Positions 12,975 to 25,956 of a stretch of 64,000 nt of DNA are shown here, piece after piece. The stretch is from Eledone cirrhosa (Eukaryota), in NCBI GenBank assembly GCA_964016885.1, contig OZ024741.1, positions 107,880,001 to 107,944,000 on the forward strand, given 5' to 3'. Numbering within the stretch: position 1 is the first letter of the stretch; the number at the start of each line of letters is the position of its first letter. The notes under the pieces are model-generated. The model saw nothing but the letters and a program-made list of their open reading frames with translations. It was not told where the DNA came from and did not search any database. A program made the translations under genes and the position numbers.

Positions 12975-14000
12975 TTCTTAAGAAGCAATATTATATCTAT
13001 CTCCTCCTTTAGAGGCTCATACTTCTCCATATTTTTATGCTCTTCTTCCTTCACACTATTATCTCCTGGGATAGATATATCGATAATTTGAGCTTCCCTT
13101 TTCTTCTTGTTTAAAACTAAAATGTTTGGCCTTCTTGCCTCAATCCTTCTATCACTTTAAATGGTGGAGTCCTATAAAAGGTTGAATGCATAATTCTCTA
13201 ACGCCACTTATGCTCTCTGCTAATACTATTTACTTGCTCTGACAAATCCACATTTTTCATATATAATCTAATGAATATATCTGTCAACATTATCATGTCA
13301 TCTTTTGTATTCTCGTTGTGCCAACTTAACACATTCGCTGACCGTTACTCCTTTTGTTCCACATATTCTACATAATGGGGATTTATCGTTTTGTCAACAT
13401 GATATTTAATGTAGTTAGTTCGAAGTGTCTTCTCGATGCAGACCAGAAATTTAATGCATTCTTTCAGATCGCCATATTTAAGCCACGACCAGCTCTTTTC
13501 CCAATAAAAGCCTACTTTATCTCTAGTGTACTGCCCATGTATGAGTTTATCCTTCCATTCTTTGTCATGTTCCTTTCTAATTCTCTGATTGCATTCATTC
13601 GGTGATACTGCATCAGCAAATTTTAGTGTGTCGTGGTGCTTACTTTTCACATTATTTTAGGTACCAAACCAGGTCGTTTCTCTCGCATTTCATACCATTT
13701 CTACAAATTAGTCCTCTACCTACTTTCTTTTTTCAACATTAAGCCTTGTGGAGTTATTTATGAACTGTAAACAATTTTCTAGTTATCCTATCAATACTGT
13801 TCAATTCATCATCCCTTCAATCAATAACTCCTGCCCCATAGAGTATGAGAGTTAGAGCTCATTCATTTGTTGCCTAGGATCCTGCCATTCAATTTAGACG
13901 ACATTACACGTTTCATCAGCTTATGGTATTCTTTTTGAACATCTTCATTTTTCACTTTCATCATATCCAATTCTAAGACTCCCAAATACTTATGGCAGAA
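12975..14000 (-). mobile_element. R4/Dong-type non-LTR retrotransposon 3' remnant (CCHC + restriction-like endonuclease)
   Basis: WKDKLIHGQY, SWSWLKYGDLK, LRTNYIKYHVDK, CVKLAQREYK, ARRPNILVLNKKKREAQIIDISIPGD; many stops. Confidence 0.85.
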
Positions 14001-14150
14001 CCGTTTGAGGGAGGATAAAAATGCTTTGGACAGCATAAGTTCAACTCCCAACAAGGTCAACTTTACCTTTCGTCCTTCTGAGGTCGAGAAATTAAAGTAG
14101 TCCTTCCTTTCAAATTGCTGACCCTGTGCCGAAATTATTACTTTTGCTTT
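13990..14150 (-). mobile_element. degenerate tRNA-SINE copy
   Basis: Resembles the family at 52989-53180 (ctttaccttt cgtccttctgaggtcgagaaattaaagta). Orientation and limits are uncertain. Confidence 0.4.
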
Positions 14151-14299
14151 TATTGCTATTGTTGCTAGAAATTCACTAATATTAAGAAGAAATAACACTA
14201 TTATCATTATAGTTATTTTTATGAAAATTGTTTTTACGTTATTTTGTTTTGCTGATCTCATTGTCGCCATTGACGTTGAATTTTGTTTTAAATATTTTT

Positions 14300-14665
14300 A
14301 TTGCGATTAAATATTGTTATTACCACCAATGCAATTATCTTCAGCCTCACAACCATTATCATAATTGACGCCGTCACCAGCATCACCATCACCATCATTA
14401 CCACCAACACCACCATCATTGCCACCACCACCACCACCACCACCACCACCACCATCATCATCATCATGATCGCTATGATTATTATTACTATGATCTTCCC
14501 TATCGTCGCCAACATCACCACTACTATCCCCTTCTTCATCGTCTTCATCATTATCATCACCATCATCAACAACATCATTTCCAATCATCATCATTCTCAA
14601 TACCAATATCACCATCATCACCATGATTATTATCACCATCGTCATAACGATCATCAACGTCATTT
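14300..14665. repeat. degenerate (CAT/CAC/ATT)n trinucleotide low-complexity tract
   Basis: Runs of cat/cac/att produce artefactual poly-H/T/I/G ORFs. Confidence 0.9.
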
Positions 14666-14909
14666 TGCAAATATATAAATATACTGTTGTCTGTGGTTCT
14701 GTCTGGAGGTTTCACTGATTAAGAGCATTAAGAAGCACCCACAATTATGAACAATCATTGTTTTTCACAGACTTCTCTCACATGGCAACATTCGGATTTT
14801 TTCTAAACAATTAATCGATATTTAACTATTGAATAAAACAATAGCCCTAATTATCTCCTCTGTGTGTACTATAAAGGAGTATATATACAGAAATGCGTAT
14901 ATATATATG

Positions 14910-14947
<38 letters not shown>

Positions 14948-14969
14948 AATATATACATATACGCATTTA

Positions 14970-15006
<37 letters not shown>

Positions 15007-15159
15007 GTTTATTCATCCGTTCATATGCATACATATTCACACATACATACACACACGAGTACACCTACGCATTTACACAAACCTACGCACACAGATATAT
15101 ATATATACACCTACGCATTTACACAAACCTACGCACACAGATATATATATAAATGCGTA

Positions 15160-15197
<38 letters not shown>

Positions 15198-15296
15198 CGC
15201 ATTTATATATGTATATATATATATAAGGAGTGTATATGCAGTAATGCGTATATATATGTATATGTATATACATATATACATATATATATATACAAA

Positions 15297-15350
<54 letters not shown>

Positions 15351-16019
15351 GTTCTGCATACATACTCCTTTATAGTGCACACCCATATATATATATATCT
15401 GTGTGCGTAGGTTTGTGTAAATGCGTAGGTGTACTTGTGTGTGTATGTATGTGTGAATATTTATGCATATGAACAGATGAATAAACGTGTCTAAATCCAT
15501 ATAGGTACACCTATTCATATATGATTACATGAATAGATATATATTATAAAGTGTTAATATACGTATATATAATAAAATGTTAATATATATATATATATAT
15601 GCATATTTGATTGATACATGCATTCATACACCTATGTACATAATATATATACACACCAATACGCGCAGCACATACTCACATACATACGCACAGACATATT
15701 GATATATTCTTATGTATTTTGTAATTTGTTCATATTCTTGCTGTCTACAAAGAAATGAATAAACGAAAGTGTCTTAGTTAACATCTCTTTAAGGAGAGAG
15801 AGGGGGAGAAGGGCGATATAGATGGTGGCGAGAGAGAGAGAGAGAGAGAGGGATCGAAAGGTAATGATGAGGAGAGAAAGTGAAAATTGTGTCTAGTTTC
15901 TACATTGAATGGCTATTTTACCAACTTCAATTCTATTCATATTATACGGAAAAGTGAAAACATTAATAGAGTCAAATTACTTGTTAACTTTTGAAACCCA
16001 CATAATGTCATATTTCGCC

Positions 16020-16600
16020 TACTTTCAGAGCGTCGGACAAGTGTGCTGGGATAATTGCTATTGCTCTTATTTTCTAAGTTCAAATTCCATTAAGGTGAAC
16101 TTAGCATTTCATTATTTCAGCTTCGATAAAATAAAGGAACAGTTAAGTACTCTGGTCAATTTTATCGACTTAACCATCTCTCTAAATTGTTAGCCTTGTG
16201 CCTAAAAGCGAAACTATTATATTATATCTTTGACAAAGGGCGATGGATTGGCAGTATCGGTGGAGTGTTTGGCAATATACTTTGCAACACATATTTACGA
16301 CCTCTTACGTTCTGAATTCAAATCCCAGTCGTTATTCTTTTTCTCAAAAAATCAATAATATGAGCTCAATCATGGGGGGGGGGGGGGGGGTCTGGTTTGA
16401 AAGCGCGTCGAATAAAATGCCACTGCGATATTTCTTCTGGCTCTTTACATTCTGAGCTCAAATCTTGCCGATTTCAGATTTGCTTCTCATCCTTCCAGCG
16501 TATATAAAATAAAGTACTAATTAAATACTGGTGTTGATTTAATCAGGTTTACCCTTTCCACAAATTTGCCGGCCTTTTGCCTAAATTAGAAATCAATACT
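16020..16600 (+). mobile_element. cluster of degenerate tRNA-derived SINE copies
   Basis: A-box-like gattggcagtatcggtgg, B-box-like gagttcaaatc, and the conserved gataaaataaagtac...gccttgtgcctaaa motif. Confidence 0.7.
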
Positions 16601-17859
16601 TTGGACTCAAGTGAAAACAAAATGGAAAAAATTAAGCATAGATGTTAAAATCCAGGGTATCGAATTTCGCGACATCAGATATATAATTAGAAGAAAATGC
16701 GTTGGTAAAGATATATATCTACCTTGTTGTGTATTTCTGTGGCTAGCTAATCAGCAGCAACCGCGGTTCGGCATGGATGTCACTCTACCGATTCTGTCAG
16801 CCGATGGAATAATAATTATAATATAATTTCTGATGAATTTTAGTATTCTAACTCATATAAAACTGGTGGAAATATGCGGGAGTATACAATAAACGTTAGT
16901 TGGGAGGGATAAGTCTGTCGCATAACAATAACATATAGATGGCTAATGAACTGTATGTTAAAGACATTTTTTTAAAAAGGATGATAATGATAATGGGAAT
17001 GAATAATTAAATAAACACGCGAATAAATAAACAAAATATATCAATATATTATTTCAGACAATGATTGAAATGGTAAAGAGCGAAAGAAATACAAAAGACA
17101 TACACAGACACAAGCAGAAATACATAAAATAGAAGCAAAAGAATCAACAAAAATACAAATAATTAATACTTTGTTTTCTTTCAAAAATATAATTTCGAAG
17201 TCAATTAAGAAAGTATTGTCAAAGAGCAAAACTGTTACTAATTATACTGATGAAACAATCCAAACGGAAAGGTTCAAATCAAGCGGGAGTAATTTGTCCA
17301 GAAAAGAGACAGTTTTTAAAAATCTTTTTATAGACATCCATTTATCAATAAAGTTATAGCGAAAACACTGGGCACCATTCAGTCACATTCATGTACGTCT
17401 TCGTTTTAAATCTCACCGAGGATAACTGTGACTCTCCTGCTTCGTGTGTTAATAAAATAAATACTAGGGAAGTACTGGAGTCTTTAGGTGTAACGTCATT
17501 TGTTGCAAGCATCCGGAAGAGGAACCCGTTTGTAGATATCTTCCTCCAACGCTCCCACCTGACTCGGAGACCAAGACAAATGTATGATTCCTTCCTTTCC
17601 CTACTGACTAAACAATAAAAAATAACTCTCTTTATATTCCAGCTGGAAAGTATATAAAGACGCTGGTGAAATATGAATATCAACGGAAAATGTGCAAAAT
17701 GGGGGGAAAAACTCTGTGGTAAATAGCATAATGTAGACTAAACTCTCATCCATCAGTGGGAAAAATATTTGAGGGCGATCGCATCATTTTGGGTAATATG
17801 GAGGTTTTACAGCATAGATACAGATGGAAAAGGGCACAAGCATCACCCGATGCCGTAAC

Positions 17860-18065
17860 GGAAGGTGTGAATGCGAAAATCTTATGGGATAACCCCGTAA
17901 GCACACACAGAACGACCAAGGACAAAAGACCCAATACAATTATGAACTGTAAAAAGAAAACATACCATTTAATTGATTTGAGCATACCACCAGATTGTAA
18001 TATCTGAAAAGTGTTCCAAAAGCTCAGTTAATATAAAATGGCATTAATGTTCTACTGGTACTTTA
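17860..18065 (+). mobile_element. R4/Dong-type restriction-like endonuclease fragment
   Basis: AKILWDNPVSTHRTTKDKRPNTIMNCKKKTYHLIDLSIPPD. Confidence 0.75.
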
Positions 18066-18174
18066 TTTTATTGAATCACCATGCATACATACATAAATAC
18101 ATACATACGCACACGCATACAAACACACAAACACGGATCCCTCCCACACTCGGATATATATATATATATATATA

Positions 18175-18280
18175 AGGACTGACATTGGTCTTTTGGAGAC
18201 GCAGGACATCGCAGCGATAATGAGGGACAGAGACCGCTGGAGAGAATTCGTCCATGGATCTCGGGAATTTTACCTGCTCT
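18175..18280 (+). mobile_element. RTE LINE extreme 3' fragment
   Basis: Same sequence as the 3' ends at 29760-29917 and 56088-56200. Confidence 0.75.
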
Positions 18281-18353
18281 AGAATAGAATATAATACAGA
18301 AAGTCAGAAAAAAAACAATAGAAAAATAAATCCTACGAAATGTATAAAACATT

Positions 18354-18820
18354 TTACAGAACTTCAGTATATACAATGTTTTAACTGTTTTCTTTGGATC
18401 ATATATTGTTGGTGAGGGCTTGCTACTCTAGAACAACCTACTTGTTATTGAGTATGTGGGAAACAGTTTTCATAAAGAGGGAAGACACCTGCAGTGTTTG
18501 ACCTTAGGACTTGTTGATAGTCATCGTGTAACTGACTCTCAATAGGAATTGCAGGTTTCTGAGAAGCATGACGTCTGCGCCCCTATTCAATTCAAAATCG
18601 TGTGGCGGCATAACGGACAGTTCCCGACTGTTGAAACATTCAACGGGATAATGAACAGCTTCGTCGTCGTTGACAATTTTATAGATATCATTTGTGAGAG
18701 ATTATTGTTCATTGCATTCATTGTGATGTTTTTTGGCCAAGGATTGCTCTTTTACTCCCCATGCTGGATTTCGAAACTGGGGAACACTTGATTAATTAAA
18801 CTATCAACGCTTTCTACATG
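18354..18820 (-). pseudogene. Helitron RepHel PIF1-like helicase C-terminal remnant (internally deleted)
   Basis: VHYPVECFNSRELSVMPPHDFELNRGADVMLLRNL, QFLLRVSYTMTINKS*GQTL, QVGCSRV, VKNIVYTEVL*. Confidence 0.85.
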
Positions 18821-18998
18821 ACGAAGGATCAAAACTGAAAATTGTCATAATAAAATGTCATTGGCTCTTTACATTCTGAGTTCAAATCTCACCGAAAACA
18901 ACTTTACCTTTCATCTTTCCCGGGTCAAGTATTGAGGGTGATTTAAACAACTTTGCCTTTTCCATAAATTTGATGGTCTTCTGCTTAAATTATATTGA

Positions 18999-19481
18999 CT
19001 AGCAGAAAAACCACCCTTCGAGTGGTTTTCTGCTATCATGTATAATGTGCATATTGATATAATATGCAAGTATATATACATATAGATATGATACATCAAA
19101 TAAAATCCTAATTGACAATATCCACAGAAATTGAACGAAGACTGCGTTACACTGTCTTATGTAATCAGTAACGTAATCCATGATACATTAAAAAAAGACG
19201 ATATTATATATTAACTGCATTAAGAGAAAATTAGTAACGGAAATATATGAATGTTTATTTAAGCAATCGCTAACCGGAAGTGTTGTCATTTGAAAGTTTT
19301 AAAGAAGTGAATCTTAAAATAAGCAACAATATTATTTATATTTAATCAAGAATAACGAAATTTAGTAGATACATTATGTAATGTTCATTCATTATTTATT
19401 CAAAGTAATCCAACTTATTTTACAAACGGGATAAAAAAATATATTCTGGACGCAGTCCCGTACTCCTTACTTTATTATAGT
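18999..19481 (-). mobile_element. probable non-autonomous Helitron-like element (copy 1)
   Basis: Inverted homolog of 47230-47722; the 3' hairpin ends in CTAG followed by T. Confidence 0.55.
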
Positions 19482-19632
19482 TTACTATATTAATAGAATT
19501 GGCGTGTTTGCAAATGCTGTGGACACTCCTGCTCATCTCTTCTGGACCAACTTATAAAACATCCTTGACTCAGTTTTGATACTATTGAAGTATGCTAATA
19601 TTTTGGAAAATAACATGTCTCTCAAAACTTAC

Positions 19633-19687
19633 TTTGGTTTCCTCCTCGAATAGTTTGTCTCTAATTAAACCACTTATGTCATCATGC
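19633..19687 (-). other. candidate host coding exon (HDDISGLIRDKLFEEETK)
   Basis: Acceptor ctttatattttcag| and donor aaa|gtaagt; 55 nt with only one open frame. Confidence 0.4.
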
Positions 19688-21305
19688 CTGAAAATATAAA
19701 GACAGTTTATATTTATAATTTTATACTCAGTTCTAGTCGTTTCAATCTGAATTTGTTTGATAGGATGTAATCAGTTTCTGATGATTTTATGTCAAGTCGT
19801 TAGTTAAAAATGTTCTATTCACGTTGTGATATATCAAGACTTCGAACGATTTAAGTGGAACTAATTTCTTTATGCTAAATATAGTTTATATAACTTAATA
19901 AAACGATCGATTTTGGAGCAGTAATGAAAGTTTGATACTAGATAAATAACGGTAAATCTCATCTAGTTCGATTTAGACTTTAATTTGATCTAATATTTGG
20001 CATCTGAAAGATAAAGCTGATGGAAATATTTGATGCAGCAATCTGGCTTAGAGATGAAGACTTAGATATGTTATTGAAAGTAGAACTGCCTAAAATAACC
20101 ATGGCAGTTGTGTTGCTGTAATACAAAAAAGAAAAGCCCAAAACCCCACACAAATCAACAAACAAACAACAAATAACAAAGTAAAGAAATCTAAAATTAA
20201 ATCGAATAGAATAGTAATGAAAAAATACATTAGAATCATTTTATAGTGAGACTGTAGTCATAATATAGCGATGTGTCCTGCTACACTTTTCTGAGGGAGA
20301 AAATTGGTCATCTGATTATACAAGAACCCCAAAATGAATTCATCAGCTTCACTTGAGCAGTGGAGAGTTAAACGAGTTACACTGACTAATGAACTACGTA
20401 TTAATCCCAACTTACTCGCTATTTCTAAAATATATGTATAACAGAATCAGACTTCCGTGACAGTATATAAAAATAAAATATATACGATTGTCTTAATTAA
20501 GCTGGAAATTATTTGGAAAGCCAAAAAAAAAAACAGCTATCTTGCACAGACGGATAAAAATTACTAAGTCAACAGACCAATACTTTCTCTTCTAGACCGT
20601 TCAAGAACTTATGTTAATATAATACACGTTATGAATTCTATATTTATATTTCACTAGCTCTGTCTTCCAACGCTAATTCTTTTATTAGCGCAAATTCGAA
20701 AGCAATAACTTACATCAATTTATTTGTCATGGTCTGCTATACCCAATAAAATATGTTCGTTGTTTATACCATGGCCTCAATATAGTATCAGATAAATACC
20801 ATCATTGTAGTACTAATTTTGTTTAAAGCATATCCGTTTCTCCGTGTAGCCTACCGTAGCCTACCGTGTTAAAAATTACATAAGATACCAGAGAGAAAAT
20901 CAAGTTAATGTATTCTATATGAGAATATACATATATATACTTTGCTTTATGTTTTTCTCTCTCTCGTGTAATTGATTTAAAATAATTATTTTAAACCAAG
21001 ATTGAAATATATCCACGAATATATTGTTAACGCATTGTTTCTATAGAGCATTACTTAAATGTTGCCGACTAGTTGGATATCGATAAAACCTACGTCATCG
21101 TATATAACAGATATCTAACTATATAACAAATAAAATCTTGTTAGTGATATCAAAATCATCATACGTTGTTATGAAAGGTGTAACCTACCTCTAACATATT
21201 ATTTTTCTATATCATGGGAGGGTAAACGTAAATAGTAATATGTACGGATACATGTGTGTATATATATATATGTGTGTGAGTATATATATATATATAAGTA
21301 TATAC

Positions 21306-21389
<84 letters not shown>

Positions 21390-21686
21390 ATGTGTGCGTG
21401 TGTGAATGTATGTTTGTGTGTGTCTCTCTCTGTGCGCGCGCGCGTGTGTGTCTGTACGTCACTGCAAATTATACATCTAATTCCTAGTCCAGATTTACTT
21501 TCTGGAGGTATTTGCCTGCAGCAATTTTCAATTTGTCAAGCTATCTAAACGTAATGTTATTACTCTAAGGACCTACCCTTATTGAGTGCTTGCCACTCAT
21601 TCCTAATTGTAGGTCGACTTTGCTTGGCCGCAGCCAAAGCATCGATTTTACTAAGCTTCCACTTTATATATATATATATATATATA

Positions 21687-21876
21687 GGAACGAGTAGGAC
21701 CCCGACGGCTGAGCTCATGCCGTTTCGACGGCTATTTCTAGTCCAGAATTAGCCGTCGAAACGGCTTGAGCTCAGCCGTCGGGGTCCTACTCTTTCCTGT
21801 TACCCACTCTACTACTCTAAGTATTGAGTACTTTGGTGCGTTCTGGTCCACCTGGTTCCTTACCACATTTCCTTGG

Positions 21877-21880
<4 letters not shown>
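21687..21880. mobile_element. PLE family A mini-palindrome (tail on right arm)
   Basis: gaccccgacggctgagctc...gagctcagccgtcggggtc inverted arms plus tail, in (TA)n. Confidence 0.8.
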
Positions 21881-21942
<62 letters not shown>

Positions 21943-22638
21943 GTATATATATATATATATATCAGTGTAACCAATACCTGATAACAATCATAAAACTCAC
22001 TAAATAATTGGGTTCGCTCTGTGATGCAGCATGCAGCCTATAAACTGCACACTTGTTATTTCATTGAGTGCGTGAGTTATGGCCGGTCGTCACTAAAATA
22101 AATTTGGTGACTTCCGTCATCTATTTATCTATCTATCTCTGGCTCTCTCACCCTTCTCCCCCTCTCCCCCCTCTCTCTCTCTAAATATATATATAGATTA
22201 CATACACGCATCCACCCGTCCATCCATCCATCCATCCATTCATACATATATGACGGCTGCCTCCTCGTTATCGAGTATGGCCATTGCACGATATAACATT
22301 ATTAATAATTATTAATTAATTCTATCGTGCAATGCCTGTGCGTGACGATTTTTTTTTAAGTGAGGAAAGACTGTGCACTGAGCCAATCCCACTCTCTGAG
22401 CGAACGTATCTATAACTCAAAAAGAAGAAAAGATCAACATCATCGGTAACTACTGAGCCGCAGGTTTTATGTCGGAGTTGTCCCAGTTTCTTGAGTTGCC
22501 TTCTCCTAGAAGCATGCCCTCTGGTTTAACCGCGCGATCGGGTATTCAGTCCGACTATTTATATGTCCCCGCACATATACATACACATGCACACATATAT
22601 ACATATACATACATATGCATAGACATATTTACACACTT

Positions 22639-23173
22639 TTGGATGGCTGTTGACTCATATGAGTTCTTCCCCCCTTTGACAGGTTTTGTTTTTTGTCCTG
22701 CAGGGTGTCCAAAATCACCCTCCTCACCAAGTAAACTTGGTGGGGTTGCCGGTTAGTCGCCGACGACCCGACGATGCGACAGGTTGTACTGGGTTACATG
22801 TTACCAGTAGCACCCAGGAGCAACCTGACATACATACATACATGATGGCTGCCAACTCGTTTTCGAGTACGGCCACTGCTTTATATCCATGTAGGAGAAC
22901 CCCTACCGATGCGCTGAACGAGTGTGACTTTTTAGTCCAGCCAGCGACTTGAAAACTCTGTTACAAACACTACACTTGTGACAATTATTGACACATAGTG
23001 CTGGCCCCATGGTACCATGTGACGACAAGTGCAGAGAGATCTCCGGATATAAAGCAATGCCTGTGCCGTGAAGCTTTTATAGTGAGCAAAGGAACTTCAC
23101 AAAGCCAGTCCCACTCTCTTAACCAAGATGATATTTACCAAAAAGAAGAACAAGTCAACATCATTGGATACCA
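22639..23173 (-). mobile_element. RTE-derived non-autonomous element pieces (3' part, then 5' part of another copy)
   Basis: Close reverse-complement matches to 10670-11003 and 10391-10585. Confidence 0.75.
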
Positions 23174-23815
23174 TACATACATACATACGTAGATACAAGT
23201 GTGTATGTATATGTTTCGCCTGTGTTTGTGTGTTTACATACAAATGTACGTATGTATGTAATTACGAGAGTCTGGTTAAATTTATTTCATTTACCTTTTA
23301 TAAGTTTAATTGATGGACTAAAAATTAGTTGAGTAGTGGTGTTGCCATGAGAATATATATATATTCTTTCAAAGAACATTTATAATAAATACGAAACTTT
23401 TACTTAACTAAAACATGAATCCAAGGTTGTGCATTATGTTAGAACGCTGGATGAGATGTCTTGAGGTATTTGTTCAAGTTCTTTGCATTCTGGATTTGTT
23501 TCCCGCTATGGTATCTTCGTATTGTGGACTTCAATACCATGACATAGTCCTTCGGTGGACCAGGTTTTAGGTTTGAGGATGCCCTTCTCATTTACTCAAA
23601 CCAATCATGGAGATCCAGTAAAGGGCATGGACACCGCCATTTCCTTTCAGAGCCAATAGTAACACAATAACAACGAAGTTCTATTGTAATCTTCAGTTTA
23701 TTCATATGCAAATGTCGGCAAAAAATGAACATATTTCTACTTAAAACCATTTTCGAAATCCCTTTATGAGGAAAATGGGAAGGCGAACAATAATCACTAA
23801 AATATTTCATATATA

Positions 23816-23870
23816 CAGGGTGTCCCCAAAAATGTATACACATTTCAACAGCATTCTAATCAATACTGTA
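23816..23870 (+). mobile_element. Tc1/mariner MITE left terminus
   Basis: TA|CAGGGTGTCCCCAAAAATGTATACAC, the same as the terminus at 46246. Confidence 0.65.
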
Positions 23871-24789
23871 TTCATTTCTTTAGGACAACCTGCATATTTG
23901 TTGGTATCGCTGTCCTCTTTTTGTAGATGTTTCTTTGTGTTGCTTTGTTACTATATTTGGCATTGCCCTTGTTGATGTTGTATTATATGTTTGTTGAGTA
24001 AAGTAATTTTGTTTTGTTTTGCTAATTTAGATTATCGCAATCAGATGTGAGAGTAAAAACAAGTGAAAGTTATTGTATTTTAAATATTCATTTATAATTA
24101 CGTACTTCTTAATTAAAGATATTAATTATCAAATGATTTAAGAAGGATTTATTAGTTTACCACATCGAATACAGCAATATATCTTAAAATAATCGGAACA
24201 GCCAATTATAATACTCTCATAAAAAAATAAGTATACAGCACAAGATTTCCTTAGCTGGGGGCTAAACGTGTCTGTTCTGCGCGTGATGGATCCTTCCTCG
24301 GTTTCGACAATGAATGATCATTTATGCAATGAACAGAAGTAGTTATTCATTAAAATAAAATGTAAGAGGTTGAGTGTTTCACGGGCATAAGCATAATTAT
24401 AGTAATTCTGAAGCTAAATCAGCCATAAAAAAACGTGACAATTGTGGTTCTAGGAACTCTACTTACAATCCATGTGACTAGTCTCCAAATAGTTTCCGTT
24501 AATTCAATTTCCTTGTCGACCAAGAATTGCGTCGACCAACGGCTATTGCAAAGAGCAAATATCCAACTACTACGCAGAGAGTACAAACCCAGAACCGAAT
24601 GATTCCGACGACAAATTATTAACCACTCAGTCCAGTTTGTCTGAATGTTTGTAAACAGCGGTGAATAGCCCTGTCAAGATTTTGCGACTAGAGGTCGTGC
24701 CGTTGAGTGAGTTCATTGCGCATATAAACAAACAAACACACATAGAGTTCTCTCTCTCTCTCTCTCACTACTCTCTCTCTCTCTCTCCA

Positions 24790-24820
<31 letters not shown>

Positions 24821-24853
24821 ATTTAGAAGTTTATATGCATAAACTATACAGAG

Positions 24854-24896
<43 letters not shown>

Positions 24897-24943
24897 TTTG
24901 GCAACCATTCACGGTGTGGTTCAATGACGAATTAATTAATTAA

Positions 24944-25156
24944 ATATAGGAAAGTAAATCCATAGAATCATTAGATAAAATATATACAGTATTTCTTCTC
25001 CCAATCACCATAATCAACCATATTTATCTATTATTTCTTCATAGATATATTTTAAACTTATAGCCACGTTTAAATGATTTTTTGTATGGTTGATTATGCT
25101 GATTGGGAGAAGAAATACTGTATATATTTTATCTAATGATTCTATGGACCTACTTT

Positions 25157-25163
<7 letters not shown>
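24944..25163. repeat. foldback: ~79-bp inverted arms, ~62-bp spacer
   Basis: 24944-25022 pairs with 25085-25163; (TA)n flanks. Confidence 0.8.
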
Positions 25164-25207
<44 letters not shown>

Positions 25208-25210
<3 letters not shown>

Positions 25211-25368
25211 AGAGGAGTCAGGACCCCGACGGCTGTGCTCCGGCCGTTTCAACAGCTTCAGCCGTCGGGGTCCTGACTCTTTCTTTTCCTATTACCCACT
25301 CTACTACACTAAGTATCGAGTACTCTGGTGTGTTATGGTCCACATGGTTTCTTACCACACTTTCTTTG

Positions 25369-25372
<4 letters not shown>
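25208..25372. mobile_element. PLE family A mini-palindrome
   Basis: ggaccccgacggct...agccgtcggggtcc plus tail. Confidence 0.75.
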
Positions 25373-25435
<63 letters not shown>

Positions 25436-25886
25436 CAAACATATATAATGGCCGCAATTAGGTTTCGAGAATTGCTATCCTTTAACCTTTTTTCCATACA
25501 TGGGTGGCACGAACATGGCCGTGCTAACGATTTAGATTCATTTCCTCTTACGCGGCAACCAACGAAAATAGAAAAATGCCTTTCTCACGCAATACGTTAA
25601 ATTAGTTTAGATCAAGTGATGCTTGTGCTTGCCATTTTGTAAGTGAATTTAGGCCTTGCACTGGACCAATCCCACTCTCTGAACAACGGTGACAGTTACT
25701 AAAAAAGAAGAACATGTCAACATCATTGACTGTCATCGAGTCGCAAATTTTACATAGGTTTTCCTACTAGAATGATGTTTTGAAAAGAACTTGGTGTCTC
25801 TCACTCCCGGTGGGCTAACCGCGTGCTCGGGCACCAAACTGGATATTTCCATGTACCCACGCATACATATATACATATATGCATAT

Positions 25887-25956
<70 letters not shown>

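Noticed and set aside
12830-12975. Minus-strand acceptor suggesting another exon
   Set aside because: All three frames hit stops within ~15 codons.
14288-14678. Gly/Asp/His-rich ORFs (also 32326-33297)
   Set aside because: Open in several frames on both strands because of trinucleotide low complexity.
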